A DNA stretch of 64,000 nucleotides from Leptolyngbyaceae cyanobacterium (GCA_965263355.1 CBDHHL010000026.1:18364-82363), one strand, 5' to 3'; positions 1-9,576 are shown, counted from the stretch's first letter. Numbers and translations: made by a program. Notes: generated by a model from the sequence alone, not told the origin.

Positions 1-2015
1 AGGATGCGACGATCAATGAGAGTGCCTTTAGGGGGACTTTTGACCCAAACAAAAATCTTACGGTCTTCTTTGTCAGCTTTAACTAGGGCTTTGGTTCCCC
101 CTCTCACCAGCACTACCCCGTTACGCCAGTAGGTACGTTTCGAGATGAGATGATTCATACGTACTATGAAGCGGGAGATAATGCTACTAGGGAGAATATT
201 GTAATGGTACTGGAAAGGTAGTGCTTCTTCCCAGTTTCCTGTTTCAGATTCTTCTTTGCTAAGCAGGTCGGGCAACAGATAACGATGGTCATCTTCGTAT
301 CCTTCTAGAGGAAAGCACAGCTCAAACTTCCGCATAATGTTGAGAATGAACAAGTGCTTTTCAATAGGATACCGATGGGCATCCAGGATACGGCGAAGCA
401 TAGAGCGTCTCAGGATGCCCTTATGTTGAGTCATGAGAGCGTTGTCGTTAAGGATAGAATAAACGCCGTCGGTTACCCACTGGGGGTTAAGCACACTATC
501 TTGTTGGAGCCGAGGATCGTCCCGGAAGTTGAGGACAATGCCCAGGTCATGCAAAAAACTAATCAGAATCTTCTGACTCTGGTCATCATTCACCTTCTGA
601 CTTGCACAGATTTGCTGGTACTGATGATACTCGATGTAATCAACATCCAGTTGTTCGAGCTGGGTTTTCACAGAAAACCAGGAATGGGGCAGGGTATCGA
701 AGACGTGAGGCAGATCAGCAATTTGTTGCTGAATCTTTCGTTCCAGTTGCTTGATACCTCGGTGGGCAAAGTCACTGCAGGAAGTCTCGATGAATCCGAC
801 AATATTGGGATATTTGTTTTTCAACCCCCGACGATCGATATCCAAAGGTTTTTGATCTACCTGATTGCCTACGACGATAATTGGGGAATCTCCGCCAAAG
901 CTACGGATAATTTTGAGCCAGTATTCAATTCGGTTGGCAGTTTCGTCTTGACGAGCATTTAGCACCAATAGATAGAGACTGCGCTTGGTGAGAAAAAACT
1001 GATGGGTGGCATGCATGATTTCCTGGCCGCCAAAGTCCCATATATTGAGCTTAACAGTTTGGTTGTTTGCTTTGATTGGCCATTCAGTGATGTTGATTCC
1101 TTCAGTTATCCTTTCGTTCGCGTCAAATGTATTATCGATCAGCCGCTTCACCAGCGAAGTCTTACCTACCTTTGCCTCTCCTACCAACAGCATCTTCGCC
1201 TCATTAAGTAGGCGCGACCTTTTTGCACAGTTCTGCAAGTAGTAGTTGATGATAGTGGCAGGGTCGAAGGCTTTTTCTAGGATTTCAGGTGGAATGGGCA
1301 AGGGATTCTTGCGGAGGTCCAGTTTTGACAGATCTTTCAGCTGACCAATTTCGGTAGGCAGATTGCCCAGTTGGGTCTTGCTCAGGTCGAGTTCTGATAG
1401 ATTTTGAAGTTGGCCGATTTCGGCAGGCAAATTGCTCAGTTGGGTCTTGCTCAGGTCGAGTACTGATAGATTTTGAAGTTGACCGATTTCGGCAGGCAAA
1501 CTGCTCAGTTGGGTCTCGCTGAGGTTGAGCCGAAATAGATTTTGAAGTTGGCCGATTTCAGCAGGCAAACTGCTCAGTTGGGTCTCGCTGAGGTCAAGTA
1601 CTGATAGCTTTTGAAGTTGGACAATTTCGGCAGGCAGACTGCTCAGTTGATTTGCGCTGAGGTCAAGTACTGATAGCTCCTGCAGCTGGCTAATTTCGGC
1701 AGGCAAACTGCTCAGTTGGTTCGCACCGAGGTTGAGCCGAGATAAATTTTGCAATTGACCGATTTCGGTGGGTAAGCTATCCAGCTGGTTTGCACTGAGG
1801 TCAAGTACTGACAGATTTTGAAGTTGGCCGATTTCGGCAGGCAGAGCCTTAAGTTTATTGCCCTTAAAAAGGCTTCCCAAAATTAATGTTTCAAGTTTAG
1901 TCAGACTACCGATTTCAGGTGGCAATTCTACAAGCTCATTGCCCGATAAGTCCAATTCTGTTGCACCTTCGTTTGCGGCTTGCTCAATTACTCGCAATAG
2001 CTCATCTTGCGTCAT
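1..2015 (-). CDS. LRR-Roc-COR (ROCO) protein, 3' end outside the window
   Basis: Missing from the ORF track because there is no stop in the window. Manual translation from ATG 2015: MTQDELLRVIEQAANEGATELDLSGNELVELPPEIG, then tandem 23-aa LRRs, Roc P-loop LLVGEAKVGKTSL, WDFGGQEIMHATHQFFL and the COR segment LHDLGIVLNF...LNPQWVTDGVY. Confidence 0.93.
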   Translation of the reverse strand, partial: MTQDELLRVIEQAANEGATELDLSGNELVELPPEIGSLTKLETLILGSLFKGNKLKALPAEIGQLQNLSVLDLSANQLDSLPTEIGQLQNLSRLNLGANQLSSLPAEISQLQELSVLDLSANQLSSLPAEIVQLQKLSVLDLSETQLSSLPAEIGQLQNLFRLNLSETQLSSLPAEIGQLQNLSVLDLSKTQLSNLPAEIGQLQNLSELDLSKTQLGNLPTEIGQLKDLSKLDLRKNPLPIPPEILEKAFDPATIINYYLQNCAKRSRLLNEAKMLLVGEAKVGKTSLVKRLIDNTFDANERITEGINITEWPIKANNQTVKLNIWDFGGQEIMHATHQFFLTKRSLYLLVLNARQDETANRIEYWLKIIRSFGGDSPIIVVGNQVDQKPLDIDRRGLKNKYPNIVGFIETSCSDFAHRGIKQLERKIQQQIADLPHVFDTLPHSWFSVKTQLEQLDVDYIEYHQYQQICASQKVNDDQSQKILISFLHDLGIVLNFRDDPRLQQDSVLNPQWVTDGVYSILNDNALMTQHKGILRRSMLRRILDAHRYPIEKHLFILNIMRKFELCFPLEGYEDDHRYLLPDLLSKEESETGNWEEALPFQYHYNILPSSIISRFIVRMNHLISKRTYWRNGVVLVRGGTKALVKADKEDRKIFVWVKSPPKGTLIDRRI

Positions 2016-2160
2016 GGGACTGCCCCGTATTTTCTCAAAATCTTGGCATCTACAGTTGATTTATCATATGAGCATAGTATTGGTTAACTACCTTTAGCGT
2101 GTGACCTAATACATACATCCGCAACCTAAGGGGAGTGCGCCACGCCTCAATAGTTTTATT

Positions 2161-2300
2161 GCGATCGCTACCGCTAAAAAATAGCTTCCTGATACGAACC
2201 ATCCTTTAAAGTCAGCACCATTACGACTTGCTGCTCTGGATCTATCAGCCAATATTCTGGGATCTCACGCACCTCATACTGATCACTCCTTTCTTCGTAG
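2161..2300 (-). pseudogene. Degenerate copy of the Uma2 3' segment (direct repeat of 3768-3906)
   Basis: About 140 bp aligns by eye with 3768-3906 with scattered substitutions and an indel. Both copies begin at a GCGATCGC HIP1 site. Confidence 0.9.
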
Positions 2301-2321
2301 TTACAACTTTCTGCTCAAACT

Positions 2322-2753
2322 CTAGCGAGGTTTCAGCAACTTCAGTAATTGAGTTCTCGATTGCCATCCCCGAACAAGTCCTCGCTTATAAACCTTGGCA
2401 ATGAAGGGCTGAGAATTACCCTGGGAAAACCGTTGCATGCTAGATAATGCCGCCACAAAAATGTCTGCCATTTCTGGCCCCGTCAAATTAGCCGAGTAAA
2501 GCACAAAAACTCGTGCACCAGAAGCCGCTACTGCCATTTGCTCCAACACCCTACGACCAATGGCATCATCTTTGGTCAAAATAAGCCATCCACGTTTCCC
2601 AACGACGGGTAGCCATTCAACATCCAAAGCCTCGGGAGGAAAATGATCGTCATGGATTTCCACAGTTGCCCCAGCCTTACGCATAGCTTCCGCAACGGAC
2701 CTTCTACCCAAAGCCCGATCAACAAAGAAAACTGGCTTATTCTTTTTACTCAC
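2322..2753 (-). CDS. PIN-domain toxin, VapC45-like
   Basis: FFVDRALG...DVEWL...GWLILTKDDAI motifs; 4-bp overlap with the upstream DUF433 gene. Confidence 0.85.
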   Translation of the reverse strand: MSKKNKPVFFVDRALGRRSVAEAMRKAGATVEIHDDHFPPEALDVEWLPVVGKRGWLILTKDDAIGRRVLEQMAVAASGARVFVLYSANLTGPEMADIFVAALSSMQRFSQGNSQPFIAKVYKRGLVRGWQSRTQLLKLLKPR

Positions 2754-3457
2754 GCCGCCTTAGACAACGTCAATTCGTAGCGCAGCACTTCCTCCAGTTG
2801 CTGACGGCTAAACCCATAATCATCCGCCAGGGACTCCATATCCTCCCCAGCCCTGAAGCGGTCAATAATCACATCAGCAGGAATGCCTGTATTGATCACC
2901 ACAGGCCGACCAAACGAAATACGCGGATCAATAACCAGCACCCGAGGCGCATCAGCCTTCTGTACCTGGATCAACGGAAATAGTCGCTGTGCCAACCCTT
3001 CTTCATCCCACTCAATCCGCTCCAGCAAATGCTGTAGGGTCTTTTGCATCGCCAGTTGCCCATCCCTGGAAGCATTAATCAACTTACCGACCGACTCAAC
3101 AAACAGATCCACACCATCAGTCTGAAATTGAACACGGGCCAGGGGATGAGGTAACCCAAACTTTTGCTCCACATAATCCAGAGCAGTACGTACTTTATCC
3201 AGACGCACCTTATGATCCTGACGAATCACCCTTAAAACGTGAGCTTCCACCAGGTTAGTAAACGAAAGCTGTGAACTATCAGGATCTGGCAAGGAGATCA
3301 ACGGTTCAAAATACTTCGTGCCACCAGCCGTTGGATATGCCCGTCCATGTAGCCATGACCCTAGCGTCCTTCTTGGAATCGTTAGGTAGCGAGCTGCATC
3401 AGCAACTGTATAAGTTGCCACGTTGCGGATATCTACCTGGTCATAGGTAAAGGTCAT
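2750..3457 (-). CDS. DUF433 antitoxin with N-terminal HTH, VapB45-like
   Basis: YTVADAARYLTIP HTH, LSFTNLVEAHVL, and the C-terminal DUF433 motif IDPRISFGRPVV...GEDMESLADDYG. Confidence 0.88.
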   Translation of the reverse strand: MTFTYDQVDIRNVATYTVADAARYLTIPRRTLGSWLHGRAYPTAGGTKYFEPLISLPDPDSSQLSFTNLVEAHVLRVIRQDHKVRLDKVRTALDYVEQKFGLPHPLARVQFQTDGVDLFVESVGKLINASRDGQLAMQKTLQHLLERIEWDEEGLAQRLFPLIQVQKADAPRVLVIDPRISFGRPVVINTGIPADVIIDRFRAGEDMESLADDYGFSRQQLEEVLRYELTLSKAA

Positions 3458-3701
3458 AAACCTGGAGCTAAATCTACCTGAAATTTACACTACATCTTAT
3501 ATATCGACTACCACACACCTTAGCGGCTTCACCTAAATGCAGGCTGCTCCGCCATGGCAACGATCGCCAAATCGAGACTAATACGAATGTTCCCTAATTA
3601 ATATACTCGGCTAAAGACATCGCCAATACTGACAGTGGCTTCGCTGACGGAATATGGAAGTAATTCTTGACATCCCTGTAAAGTCCCAAGTCACTGATGA
3701 C

Positions 3702-4292
3702 CTACTCAGGTGGGTTCAAGACCTGTTCAGCAGTCAGGGCAAAATCTGGAAATGTAGAGGAAACGATGCGATCGCTACCGCTAAAACTAGCTTCCTGATA
3801 CGAACCATCCTTTAAAGTCAGTACCATTACGGCTTGCTGCTCCGGGTCTATCAGCCAGTATTCTGGAATCTCCCGTGCCTCATACTGATCACGCTTTTCC
3901 TCGTAGTCGCGATCTCGATTGACCTTACCTGGACTCACCACCTCCACAACCAACACAGGCGGAGGCATATCCAAACGAATTGTCAGTCGCTTCTGAGTCA
4001 GCTCAATATGCTCCGGTCGTAGAATGACCAAATCAGGAAACCGATTACGAGCCTGCTTTGGCTTAAGGACAGGCACCTCCAGCTCACAACTATAGCGATG
4101 GGTAAGCCGAGGCTTAATCAATCCCGCATTAATGAAATAGAGCTGGAGCGCAAACGAAATCCATGCATTCAGTTCAGATTCCGTTGGCATTTCCACCAGC
4201 ACTCCATCAATCCACTCATAACGACTATCCGTCCCATCGTCATAGGTCAGATAGTCTTCAAAGGTCATCCTAGATTTAGCTTCAGTAGGCAT
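3702..4292 (-). CDS. Uma2 (DUF820) family endonuclease
   Basis: MTFEDYL...YEWIDGVLVEMP, PDL, LVVEVVSPG, DYEEKRDQY, IPEYWLIDP. The ORF track extends to 4424; the probable start is 4292. Confidence 0.92.
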   Translation of the reverse strand: MPTEAKSRMTFEDYLTYDDGTDSRYEWIDGVLVEMPTESELNAWISFALQLYFINAGLIKPRLTHRYSCELEVPVLKPKQARNRFPDLVILRPEHIELTQKRLTIRLDMPPPVLVVEVVSPGKVNRDRDYEEKRDQYEAREIPEYWLIDPEQQAVMVLTLKDGSYQEASFSGSDRIVSSTFPDFALTAEQVLNPPE

Positions 4293-4577
4293 AGGATTTA
4301 CCCTCAGGATTAAGCCTGGTTCAATTTGAACCGTAGCCATCTGCTCACTTTCGAGCATCGAATTAGGTACATCTATTCTATAGCCGCTTATCATACGGCA
4401 GCAATCATGCCCCCTACTACACATGAGTAGGTGCCGTCATCGTCCAAAAACTACCCAAGGACTGTAAACTTAGTTGGGGCAATTTTGGCCCAAAATAGGT
4501 ACAATTTGGGTATGATGCTTTTCAATGCTTCTCCAAAATCCTTTGACAACAAGGATTACAGCTCTATCGAATATGGC

Positions 4578-4620
4578 CTTGGGGTAGTAGGGGGCGTGGG
4601 TTCAAATCCCGCCGCTCCGA
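4578..4620 (+). mobile_element. 3' half of tRNA-Pro(GGG); att-like integration scar, not a complete tRNA
   Basis: TTGGGGTAGTAGGGGGCGTGGGTTCAAATCCCGCCGCTCCGA = anticodon loop, T-arm (GTTCAAATC) and 3' acceptor strand. No D-arm or 5' acceptor strand upstream. Confidence 0.8.
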
Positions 4621-4879
4621 TTAACTGAAACCTCTTATGTATGGGGGGTTTTGTCGTATCTAGGGTTAGTGGCTTAGTAAAGCGGTTTAACGCTAGTCGG
4701 GGGCAAATGAGGAGTCGTGCAAGAACTCACACTAAGACGGAATCGATACTTCACGCGAGACCATCCCAAATACTATGAACAGAGCGGCGACCGGAGCAAT
4801 CGCCCTACGGATGTTTGTCAAGGAAATGAAGGAATTAAGTGAGGACAGGCTAATGTTCTCTGACTATGCGAAAAAAGAT

Positions 4880-4914
4880 TAATACTAGAGATGTTTCCAA
4901 TATCTCCAGTATTA
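4880..4914 (-). terminator. Hairpin downstream of hli
   Basis: Imperfect inverted repeat TAATACTAGAGAT...ATCTCCAGTATTA with a nearby T-run on the minus strand. Confidence 0.45.
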
Positions 4915-4938
4915 ACCTCTCTAATCTCAGGTTTAGCC

Positions 4939-5082
4939 CTACATCAGACCCAACTGGGATAGGATGCCTTGACCAGTCATTAGCTCAGTAGCGAGACCAA
5001 TCACGAAACCTAGCATAGCCAAGCGGCCATTCCAGTTTTCGGCGAGCTGAGTAAAACCAAACTTTCCGCTTTCTTCTGCCAT
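4939..5082 (-). CDS. hli: High light-inducible protein (Hli/SCP), 47 aa
   Basis: Manual translation MAEESGKFGFTQLAENWNGRLAMLGFVIGLATELMTGQGILSQLGLM; ExxNGRLAMLG chlorophyll-binding motif. Confidence 0.95.
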   Translation of the reverse strand: MAEESGKFGFTQLAENWNGRLAMLGFVIGLATELMTGQGILSQLGLM

Positions 5083-5174
5083 GATTTGAAGTCCTTCAGA
5101 CGAAACGTTCAGGTGGGTTGCACCTTACGACAGCAGTTTCGCCACACAGCCAGCCATACTGTCTAGATTTGGGG

Positions 5175-5537
5175 CTAGAAAATCTGGAGAACAGATCGAG
5201 TTGAAATGCCGACCCCCACTGAAGTAATGACGATTGCGCTCAGGGTTGGCAGCCACCGCAGCAATGGCGAACTCGACACGGGTAGATGCTGAAAGAGCTG
5301 CTTGGCATAGACTAGCAACAACCCCAGTCCAGTAAGAACGCAGGCTAGCCCTAGGCTGAACGCGAACACCAGCAGTAAGCCAGATCCTGGATTTCCGAGA
5401 GAGATTGCGCCCAGCAGCAGCACCAAGGCCGCCGGACAGGGTACCAATCCTCCGGATAGACCCAGCATGAGTAAACTGCGCCAGGTAACGGGCGTACCAT
5501 CAGCGCCAGGAGGAAGGTGTGAGTGGGTGTGTATCAA
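5175..5537 (-). pseudogene. C-terminal fragment of an RcnA/NicO-type Ni/Co transporter
   Basis: HTHSH, GLSGGLVPCPAALVLLLGAISLG and FSLGLA motifs; the N-terminal half with the HALEPGHGK motif is absent. Confidence 0.7.
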
Positions 5538-5552
5538 TGGTTGCTGGTATGG

Positions 5553-6380
5553 CTACGACTCGGAACGTACGTGGTGCATCTCAACATGGGGGATCAGAGA
5601 ATGGGGCTTTTCTAAACCGTGGGTTTCCATCAGGACTTGATCGCCCATCACGTCAGCAGGAGCACCATCCGCCACAATCCGACCTTCGTCAATGAGCAGC
5701 ACACGATCGCACACTTCTAGCAAGAACTCTAAATCGTGGGACGCGAGCAGTAAGGTTTCGTCAGACTTTTGCAAAAACTTGATGAGTCGTCGTCGAGTAC
5801 GCAAGTCCAGACTGGCCGTCGGTTCGTCGTACAGCAAAATGCGGGGACACATGGCCATCAGTCCCGCGATCGCTAACATTTGCTTTTCCCCGCCGGAGAG
5901 ATGATGGGGAGGACGTCCGGCTAGAGCCTGGATGCCTGTCAGTTCCAATGCCGCTTCTACTCGCTCGTTGACTTCAGCGTCTGACAGCCCCAAGTTGAGC
6001 GGGCCAAAGGCAATATCATCACGTACAGAAGGCGAAAACAGCTGATCTTCAGGGTCCTGAAATAGCAGCCCCAACTCGGAGCGAAACTGATTCGGTTCAA
6101 CTAAGCGGTCAAACAAGTGAATCGTCCCGCTCTGAGGTTTTAACAAACCGCATAACAGCATGAACAGGGTGGTTTTGCCACAGCCGTTGTGACCAATGAG
6201 GCCGACCCGTTCCCCTTCGCGAATGATGAATTCAATACTGTGCAGAATGTTAGGGTTTCCAGGATAAGAAAATGAGAGATCCTGCAGGGAGATCGCGACT
6301 TGGCGAGTCAGACTGGTAGCTATGGGAATTGATATTGCCGACGGCGTACTCGATAAGACGGAATTTGAAAACTGATTCAT
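5553..6380 (-). CDS. cbiO: ECF transporter ATPase (CbiO/NikO)
   Basis: Walker A GHNGCGKT, FQDPEDQLF, LSGGEKQ, DEPT. Confidence 0.92.
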   Translation of the reverse strand: MNQFSNSVLSSTPSAISIPIATSLTRQVAISLQDLSFSYPGNPNILHSIEFIIREGERVGLIGHNGCGKTTLFMLLCGLLKPQSGTIHLFDRLVEPNQFRSELGLLFQDPEDQLFSPSVRDDIAFGPLNLGLSDAEVNERVEAALELTGIQALAGRPPHHLSGGEKQMLAIAGLMAMCPRILLYDEPTASLDLRTRRRLIKFLQKSDETLLLASHDLEFLLEVCDRVLLIDEGRIVADGAPADVMGDQVLMETHGLEKPHSLIPHVEMHHVRSES

Positions 6381-7165
6381 AACGGTGGTAAGAGAACTTC
6401 ACCAATCAAGAAACTCGCTGCCGCCAATAAGGTTAACAATGTCGGCAGAATAAATGTTCTCCCTTCTGACGAAGCCGCCATTTTAGGAGACCGGGGAGAA
6501 TTTTGCCCATAGCCCCGGAGGCGCATGGCCTTGTAAACTCGCTGTGATTGTTCATAACTGCGTAAGAGCAGGCTGCCGAAGAGGGCCGCTAGCCAGCCCC
6601 ACTGCCGCTGCATGGCTTGACGCGAGGAGCCATAGCCCCGCAGTTTCATCGCTTGTCGCATGGTTGCTAGCTGGCTGGCCATGTCAAACAGGTAGCGATA
6701 GGTCAATAAAGTCATATCGGTGAGTAAAGACGGAAAGCCCAGCGATCGCATCGTGTGCAGCAGGGTCAAAAACGGCGTGGTCCCCAACAGCACAAACCCA
6801 GTCGTTAAAATCGCTAAAAATCGCCCCGCAATTAACGCCGCCGTCTGTAGCCCCTCTAGCCGCAGCGTCAGCATGGACCACTGCCAGATTACCGTGGTGC
6901 CCGAGATCCAGGGCAATAGACCCACCATGGCCACAATAAAAAGACCGGGATAGGGCAACCGTCGGCACAAATAAGTGAGCGGTAGCTGGGAAGCAATATA
7001 GAGCGCGATGACGACCCCAAAAACCCACGGCAGCAATACCAAATGGCGCACCATGGCAATGGCAAACATCAGCGTTAACAGACTGAGCAGTTTGGACCGC
7101 GTAGGCCAACGATGAATGATGGACTGCCCAGGGATAAAGACATCGGCATGAAGAGTAGCAGCCAT
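6377..7165 (-). CDS. cbiSQ-like; cbiQ: ECF transporter T component (CbiQ/NikQ)
   Basis: Hydrophobic, with AMKLRGY and AMRLRGY motifs and LTYRYL; probable start 7165 (MAATLHAD). Confidence 0.9.
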   Translation of the reverse strand: MAATLHADVFIPGQSIIHRWPTRSKLLSLLTLMFAIAMVRHLVLLPWVFGVVIALYIASQLPLTYLCRRLPYPGLFIVAMVGLLPWISGTTVIWQWSMLTLRLEGLQTAALIAGRFLAILTTGFVLLGTTPFLTLLHTMRSLGFPSLLTDMTLLTYRYLFDMASQLATMRQAMKLRGYGSSRQAMQRQWGWLAALFGSLLLRSYEQSQRVYKAMRLRGYGQNSPRSPKMAASSEGRTFILPTLLTLLAAASFLIGEVLLPPL

Positions 7166-7169
7166 AAGA

Positions 7170-7814
7170 TTAACTTTCGAGCAGTTCCGGTTTAACGCGT
7201 CGTAAAAAGAAGCACAACAGCACCGCAAAGAGCCCCTCTAAAAAAATGAGAGGAATATGACCCACCATCAAAACGGTCAGGAAGTTTTGTTCGGTGCTCT
7301 GATCCAAGGTTGAAGGGATCGCAAAGACCACTAAGGCAAAAAAGATCAAGGCGGCCAGTCCAACGCCGATCGCGCCTGACAAAAAACCAAAGATCCCAAG
7401 AGCCAATTTGGGTGAGAGCACTTTGGCAAACCGGTGACGGAGTTGAAAAAGCGGCCCTGCCAACAGAGCAGGCACCCCCACCATGACGACATTAACGCCT
7501 AAGGTGGTGAGACCGCCGTGGCCGAGCAAAATCGCTTGCAACAGTAAGCCAATCAAAATTGCAGGCCAGGCATACCAGCCCAAAACCATGCCCAGTAGAC
7601 CGTTGAGCAGCGGGTGGACTGACACCGGCGGAATTGGCAGGCTGATGGCTGAGCCGACGAAGAAAGCAGCCGCTAGCAGCGACGCTTTGGGGACTTCTAC
7701 TTGAGGATCGGAGGTTTTATGAATACGCTTTAAAGCCACCCAGGTGATGCCCCCGGCGATCGCATATCCCGCAATGCACACGGGAGCAGGCAAGATACCA
7801 TCGGGAATATGCAC
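7170..7814 (-). CDS. cbiM: Co/Ni ECF transporter S component (CbiM/NikM)
   Basis: N-terminal MHIPDG metal-binding motif; SVHPLL, HGGLTTLG. Confidence 0.95.
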   Translation of the reverse strand: MHIPDGILPAPVCIAGYAIAGGITWVALKRIHKTSDPQVEVPKASLLAAAFFVGSAISLPIPPVSVHPLLNGLLGMVLGWYAWPAILIGLLLQAILLGHGGLTTLGVNVVMVGVPALLAGPLFQLRHRFAKVLSPKLALGIFGFLSGAIGVGLAALIFFALVVFAIPSTLDQSTEQNFLTVLMVGHIPLIFLEGLFAVLLCFFLRRVKPELLES

Positions 7815-8284
7815 TATTGTTTACCTCGTCGCCAAAAGTACAAGGCTGTCCCCACACATCCCCAGGTGACAGCCCCAGCCACCACGATCCGCTGTAGTGG
7901 ACTGAGGCCAGTATCATTCGTAAAACTGCTGGCAATCATCCCCTCTGCCTCGACAGGAATCACAGCAATATCCCCATGTCCGGCTTGGCGTACGGCCACT
8001 TCCCAGTTGCCTGGAGCCGTGGGGATAAAGCTAAATTTGCCGTCGTCATCGGTTGTCCCGGTGTAAACCGGCGTTTGCGGATCATCCGGCGCAAACACTT
8101 GAACATCTGCGATCGCCATCGGTTGACCAGAATCATAAGCCGCTTGAATCTCCACTGCCGATGTCGTTCGTGCCTGGATGTGGGCACCGTGGGCAAAAGC
8201 GACAAGTGGTGTGCTGGCGATCGCGACTACTACCAAACCACTATCGCGAATGCCCCGTTGAAGATTGGTAAGGAAACGCTTCAT
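7814..8284 (-). CDS. Secreted, membrane-anchored accessory protein of the Ni/Co ECF (CbiL/NikL-like, carboxypeptidase-regulatory-like fold)
   Basis: Signal peptide ending AFA-HG, YDSGQPM, TGTTDDDGKFSF, GHG, C-terminal TM helix; operonic with cbiM. Confidence 0.7.
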   Translation of the reverse strand: MKRFLTNLQRGIRDSGLVVVAIASTPLVAFAHGAHIQARTTSAVEIQAAYDSGQPMAIADVQVFAPDDPQTPVYTGTTDDDGKFSFIPTAPGNWEVAVRQAGHGDIAVIPVEAEGMIASSFTNDTGLSPLQRIVVAGAVTWGCVGTALYFWRRGKQ

Positions 8285-8292
8285 TAGCGCCC

Positions 8293-9183
8293 CTACAACT
8301 GAGTTTCTTCGCAGTGCCCTTCTCCCACATGGCCGAGACTGGGCAAAATTGACATCACGAGTTGATAGTCTTCTGTTGATAACTGCTCCTCCAGAGCCAC
8401 CATATCGACTTCAAGGGTATTGCCATCGGCAATTGCTGCGAGCGGGTCAAAGCCTAGCGCCCCGGTGTTGATGTCATCGTCTGGAGGCGCTTCGCCATCA
8501 CCAAAGAGATGATCAAAGTGAAAAGTCGCCTCTAAGTCAGCTTGTTGGTCAGCTTCCAAAATGCCCTTGCGTTCATCGCCGACAAAGTCACCACAGACAA
8601 ACTCTAGAGTAGGGTCAAGTTTCATCGCAAATGCGATTGTGTCATCCGCTTTAGTCGCGGTGCCTTCAATCCAGATGGTTTGGCCGCTGGTGGGGCCATC
8701 CGCCGCTGGCACCATTTTCCATGACAACGCATTATAGCGCCCTGCTGGAGCGGTGACAGATTTCACCAAAATCGGCTCGGCATTCTCGTCCCCGGCAGCT
8801 AGATCAAGCGTTACGGTTTCTTCAACCATGACCGTTTCAGTGGCTTCTGGCTGTCCCCCGGCTTCGGCGTCAAAAGGGGGATTGGTTTGGTAGGCCGTGA
8901 CGTCGGCTAGGGTTACATAGACGTGATCAAAGTCGATCTGCCAGCCATCTTTGGTAACAAATCCCTGACGGACAAAATCTTCCCCATTGGCTCGAACAGT
9001 CAATTCACCAGCGGCATCAGTAGTCTCTGCCGCATCGGATTCGGTTGTTTCTGAAGTTGGGGCACCGCAGGACAGCAACAGAATTGGTAGCGTCGCGGCG
9101 ATCGCTGAGTGGACAAAGAACTTCAAATTAAGCACAGAGTAGATGTCGGTTATCGTGGACAAAGTTGCTAGCACTCCTTTCAC
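8293..9183 (-). CDS. DUF4382-like lipoprotein, putative metal-binding component of the Ni/Co operon (start uncertain)
   Basis: Lipobox LLLSC; ANGEDFVRQGF, TFHFDHLFGD, C-terminal LGHVGEGHC. Confidence 0.75.
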   Translation of the reverse strand: MKGVLATLSTITDIYSVLNLKFFVHSAIAATLPILLLSCGAPTSETTESDAAETTDAAGELTVRANGEDFVRQGFVTKDGWQIDFDHVYVTLADVTAYQTNPPFDAEAGGQPEATETVMVEETVTLDLAAGDENAEPILVKSVTAPAGRYNALSWKMVPAADGPTSGQTIWIEGTATKADDTIAFAMKLDPTLEFVCGDFVGDERKGILEADQQADLEATFHFDHLFGDGEAPPDDDINTGALGFDPLAAIADGNTLEVDMVALEEQLSTEDYQLVMSILPSLGHVGEGHCEETQL

Positions 9184-9218
9184 ATAACCATCAGTTAAGC
9201 TATCTCACCCAGCAAAAA

Positions 9219-9239
9219 CAATACCCCCTAGGGGTATTG
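9219..9239. promoter_or_regulatory. CsoR/RcnR/InrS-type operator
   Basis: Perfect 9-3-9 inverted repeat CAATACCCC-CTA-GGGGTATTG just upstream of the Ni/Co uptake operon. Confidence 0.75.
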
Positions 9240-9499
9240 AGCCTTAAAATTTAGATTTTCTTTAGGCACCGATACCTTCGGCAGAAGCTAATTGAGGTGA
9301 TTCGCCTAGCTACCTGTACTACGTCTTCCACCAGCGGCTGACAGTGCGAAGCAAGGTGAGTTTTGTTACTATTAAGGCTGTTTAACATTCTCAAACATAA
9401 GTAACAGTCACGACCACGACCACGCCTAGGACTACGTTCCAACTACACCTATCATCATCTATACCGTTCAGGTAGAGATGGGGATAGTCGGTCGCTTTT

Positions 9500-9557
9500 G
9501 CTAGGGGCTGAAATCTCAAGGCTAGGAGCCAAAGAGACTTCAGCCCCTAGCGTTTTT
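9500..9557 (+). other. Long hairpin with T-tail directly before a small ORF
   Basis: GCTAGGGGCTGAA...TTCAGCCCCTAGC-GTTTTTT. Confidence 0.5.
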
Positions 9558-9576
9558 TAAGGGTGTGTACTCTCTC

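Noticed and set aside
354..2097. Plus-strand ORFs 354-962, 1002-1242 and 1858-2097
   Set aside because: Antisense shadows of the minus-strand LRR-Roc-COR gene
4540..4620. Intact tRNA-Pro gene
   Set aside because: No D-arm or 5' acceptor strand; only the 3' half is present
9240..9500. Cobalamin or NiCo riboswitch upstream of the cbiMQO operon
   Set aside because: Could not find the conserved B12-box or NiCo core motifs on the minus strand by eye
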